This document shows, piece after piece, positions 21,520 through 24,468 of a DNA stretch of 24,468 bases. Positions within the stretch are counted from its first letter, which is position 1, and every line of letters begins with the position of its first letter. This stretch comes from Hydrurus foetidus (lineage: Eukaryota), in assembly GCA_900617105.1 (NCBI GenBank), contig UYFQ01000132.1, positions 62,001-86,468 of the forward strand, read 5' to 3'. Position numbers and translations under genes: made by a program. Below the pieces are notes generated by a model. The model did not search any database and was not told the origin of the DNA. It saw only the letters and a list, made by a program, of their open reading frames with translations.

Positions 21520-24468
21520 CTAAGCTAAGTCTTTGTCGGGCCACCCAGTGATTTCGTGTGTCTATAATCTGAATTGTCCCCCCTGAAGCGGCTTCGTCAA
21601 CATGTTGGCGTACATGTCCTTCGTCCCGAGGTGCACCACCCTTGCCTCTCCCATGTCCACCCGCTCCTTCAGCCAAAAATATCTGATGGAAATATATCTT
21701 GTGCGCTCTGCCGCTGACCGCCCGCGGTCTATGAGAGCCATGCATGACATGTTGTCTTGATATATCGTAACCGGTGCGCACGCGTGTCCTTGCCCTATGA
21801 TGAAATTTCTCACGTGTAAAGCTTGGTTAGATGAGTCGGACAGTGCGACCAGCTCCGCCTCCGTGATTGACTTCGTCACGATCTGCTGTTTCACGGACTT
21901 GCAGTGTACTGCACCCCTTTCTCCCACCACAACGCAGCTCCCAGTGTGTGATCTCCCATCGGGATGTACCCCGAACGCGGCATCGATCAGGACACTCACG
22001 GCTATCCCCTTCGCTCCTGGTGCGAGCATTATGCCTCGGTCTCTGGTCGCCCATATATATCTCATCAGACGGTCCAACTTGGTCAGGTCGTCCGTGGTGC
22101 ACTTGGTCACTCTGGTGGCGAGGAAAGCTACTGCTGTCAGGCAGTCCGGTCTCGCTCTCTTCGCTAAGTATAGCATCTTCGCTACTCGGCGATGGAAGAT
22201 CACTCTCTCTTCCTCGCTCGCGTTATCGATGTCCAGCCTCACATCGAGTAGTCCCTCGGTCGCGGGAGTCCGCGCACCCTTGGCTGTCCCCGCCTCCTAA
22301 TATATCGTCCACGTAACCTGTCATTGAAACTTTGGCACTCTGCGTGGTCAAGTCAAACACCATCCCAAGGTAGTTCACTACAGGTCCGTCTTTCATTGTT
22401 ATATCTCCATACCTAATGACCAGTCCCTCCGCAAGTGCTTCGATCATGTCTGCATCGGTGCGCGTGATCATCAAGTCGTCCACGTGGACAGCTATAGTGC
22501 ATTGCACCCCGAGTGGGTTCCTGTTGTTGAACACGCATATGTCGATCGCATTGGGAGTGTACCCTAGACCGTGTAGACTCGCCTTCAGGTTCTCGTACCA
22601 GAGCGCCGCGGATTCCACGCATCCGTATAGTTCCTTGTCTAGTCTCACTACGACGCACCCTCTGTCGTCCATGTACCTCGAGTAGTGTGGTGCAAGCTTT
22701 GTCATCATCCCTGTCATGTTCTTGTCTAAACGCATATGCACGGCAAGCCCGGTGTTCATGTCCGCGTTGAGGTATGCACCGCTGATGTCTATGACCGTCA
22801 CCCTACGACCCTCGTGTGCCGCGATGCATAGCAGAGTGAATACTGAGCTAGTCCCCACTGTCGGAGCGGACAAGTCATCGTAGAGTGTCTTGTCTTGTTG
22901 GTCTCCGCCCGCGACGAGCCTCGCCTTGAGTTTCTCGAACTCAAGGAATTTCTCTTTGAGGAACATGCTCGATCGGATGATGCGCGCTTTCTCCTCTCTC
23001 GGGAGTCTTTGTATGTCCACTGGCGTCCATACTTTCTTTTTGATCATTTGCCCGAGCTCTTTGAGTATTACGCTCTCGGCTTCTTTCCCTCTCGTGCGCA
23101 GTGCCTCATTCACTGAGATGTTCAACACGTATTCCTTCCAGTCGCCACCTACGGAGTTATAGTTACGAGTGAGTAGCGCAGCTCCATGTTTGTCGCCTCT
23201 AAACATGTCCATCAGTTTCTGTCTGGGCAACACTGGATGTCCGACGCTGGAGTATCTGTCTGCCGTCTCGGTTGCCTCCTCCATAATTCCCAGGTCTATC
23301 GCTCCGTTCTCTCCGTAGTCCTCAGGCACTCCCTGTTCATCCCCGTATTCCACTCGCACTGCATCTGGACTCCCTACCCCAAGTTGTCTAAAGCTGCTCA
23401 GCAGATCGTCTATGTCAACCGCCCTAGGCTCTATCCTTACTCTTGGTGTCGGTATCATATCGTCCGCGTAGTTCGACTCCTCACTGTAGGGTTCCTCCTC
23501 TTGCGCATCGAGCGCGATATTTATCTCTTGGTCTGTTTCAACGTATATGAGCTCTTGCTCGTGACTCTCATCCATGAGCGACACCGCTGGATCTACCCCG
23601 TTGTTAACTTCAGTCTGTATTGTCTCAGGTAGACCGTTTCTCATCTCACCGTCTTGCTCGAACCTAACAATGCGTTTCTCTAACTCACCCTTTCCTTTGA
23701 CCCTCCCATCTGCTAGTGCAAGCTCATTTAGTTTCTTGATAACGGACTCTGGCATGGGCAGTATAATGAATTGGTCCCTGTTCACTAGCTTCCCTGTCGC
23801 TAAAGACAGCATTCGTACGGTACCCGTACGGTTCCCTAATGGCAACATTACTAAGCAGTCCTCGGTTCGCGGTTTTAGAGTCGCGTCGGTGTTTGGCACT
23901 GTACATTGAACATAGTCGCCGAATGAACAGCGGAAGTCTCTTTTGCCGTCTGGTTTCCTTCCTATGAAGGCCTCCCTCGGGCTAGGGTCCCATTCCCGTT
24001 CTCCGTACGGTTCAATTCTACGTACATACGTACGCACATAGCAATACCCACACTCGATAATGTGAAAGGCAGAATGTATGCATGTGAACGTAACCTTTCT
24101 TTGATAACTCGAATCCTTCGTTCGATTCTAGCGACGTGGCCGCCCGCTCCACTGACATCGACATCTACTCCGAGCTTCCCTAGTTCGTCGACCAGAGTGA
24201 TCACAGCTCCCTCTCCATCGCTCATGATCACCGAGGTCTTAAATCCTTGGGATCCTAGCACTCCTTGGAAATGGGCTATTCCTTTCCTCACGTGAACAGC
24301 TGACCTTGAGCACTAGGTTGTTTAGACTATATGCTATAGTTAGTCCTAGAGGAGTTGCTAGGCCGATTAGAATAGCAATTTTGTCAATAAACATAATGCC
24401 GATTGCCAACACCTGATCCTTTTGGACTATTTTCGCTTTCACCGATATGTCGGCCGTAGGTGTAGCAT
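21520..24468 (-). pseudogene. Copia pol (integrase, reverse transcriptase, RNase H), disrupted
   Basis: Integrase: VIMSDGEGAV, HVARIERRIRVIKER. RT: KARLVAGGDQQ, IDISGAYLNA, LYGCVESAALWY, VHVDDLMI. RNase H: DAAFGVHPDGRSHTG, TEAELVALSD, YQDNMSC, ANMLTKPLQG. Frameshifts near ~24300, ~24030 and ~22295. There is a probable premature TAG at 21562-21564 (readthrough gives THEITGWPDKDLA* ending at 21520). Confidence 0.92.

Larger units (their letters stand above)
21071..24468 (-). mobile_element. Ty1/copia LTR retrotransposon, decayed; the 5' part lies beyond the window
   Basis: Domain order is integrase-RT-RNase H, followed by a purine-rich tract and a TG..CA-bounded LTR. GC content is clearly higher than in the host genes. 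Confidence 0.95.

Noticed and set aside
21797..24295. Numerous plus-strand ORFs over the retroelement
   Set aside because: Antisense shadows of the GC-rich pol sequence.

Overview
Eukaryotic nuclear DNA with GT-AG spliceosomal introns, not prokaryotic. Two genes encode signal peptides ending in an ASAF-like Phe motif (VDA-F, TES-F), which suggests a plastid-bearing ochrophyte; a chrysophyte-like alga is my guess. Six host genes were reconstructed by hand. (1) A 10-exon, ~1100 aa signal-peptide/TPR/sulfotransferase/acidic-basic linker/TPR protein (minus, 160-6437). (2) A short ORANGE-like DnaJ zinc-finger protein, divergent from gene 1 (7025-7540). (3) A 7-exon class I cyclic-nucleotide phosphodiesterase with a large insertion in its catalytic domain (9233-12238). 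(4) A 2-exon membrane protein with ~4 TM segments (13235-13881). (5) A putative plastid membrane protein (14332-15033). (6) A 4-exon exostosin/GT47 glycosyltransferase (15973-17669). The right end is a transposon nest: a 5'-defective hAT (DUF659) transposase, whose subterminal region is interrupted by a decayed Ty1/copia retrotransposon (3' LTR 21071-21447 containing (CA)31; frameshifted IN-RT-RH running off the window). Also seen: two intronic hairpins, a recurring ACCGT/ACGGT motif upstream of genes, and a possible inverted paralog of the sulfotransferase C-terminus at the left edge. I found no clear-cut new biological system. The best leads are the sulfotransferase architecture and context and the minimal ORANGE-like protein. 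No database searches were run; family calls come from recognised motifs.
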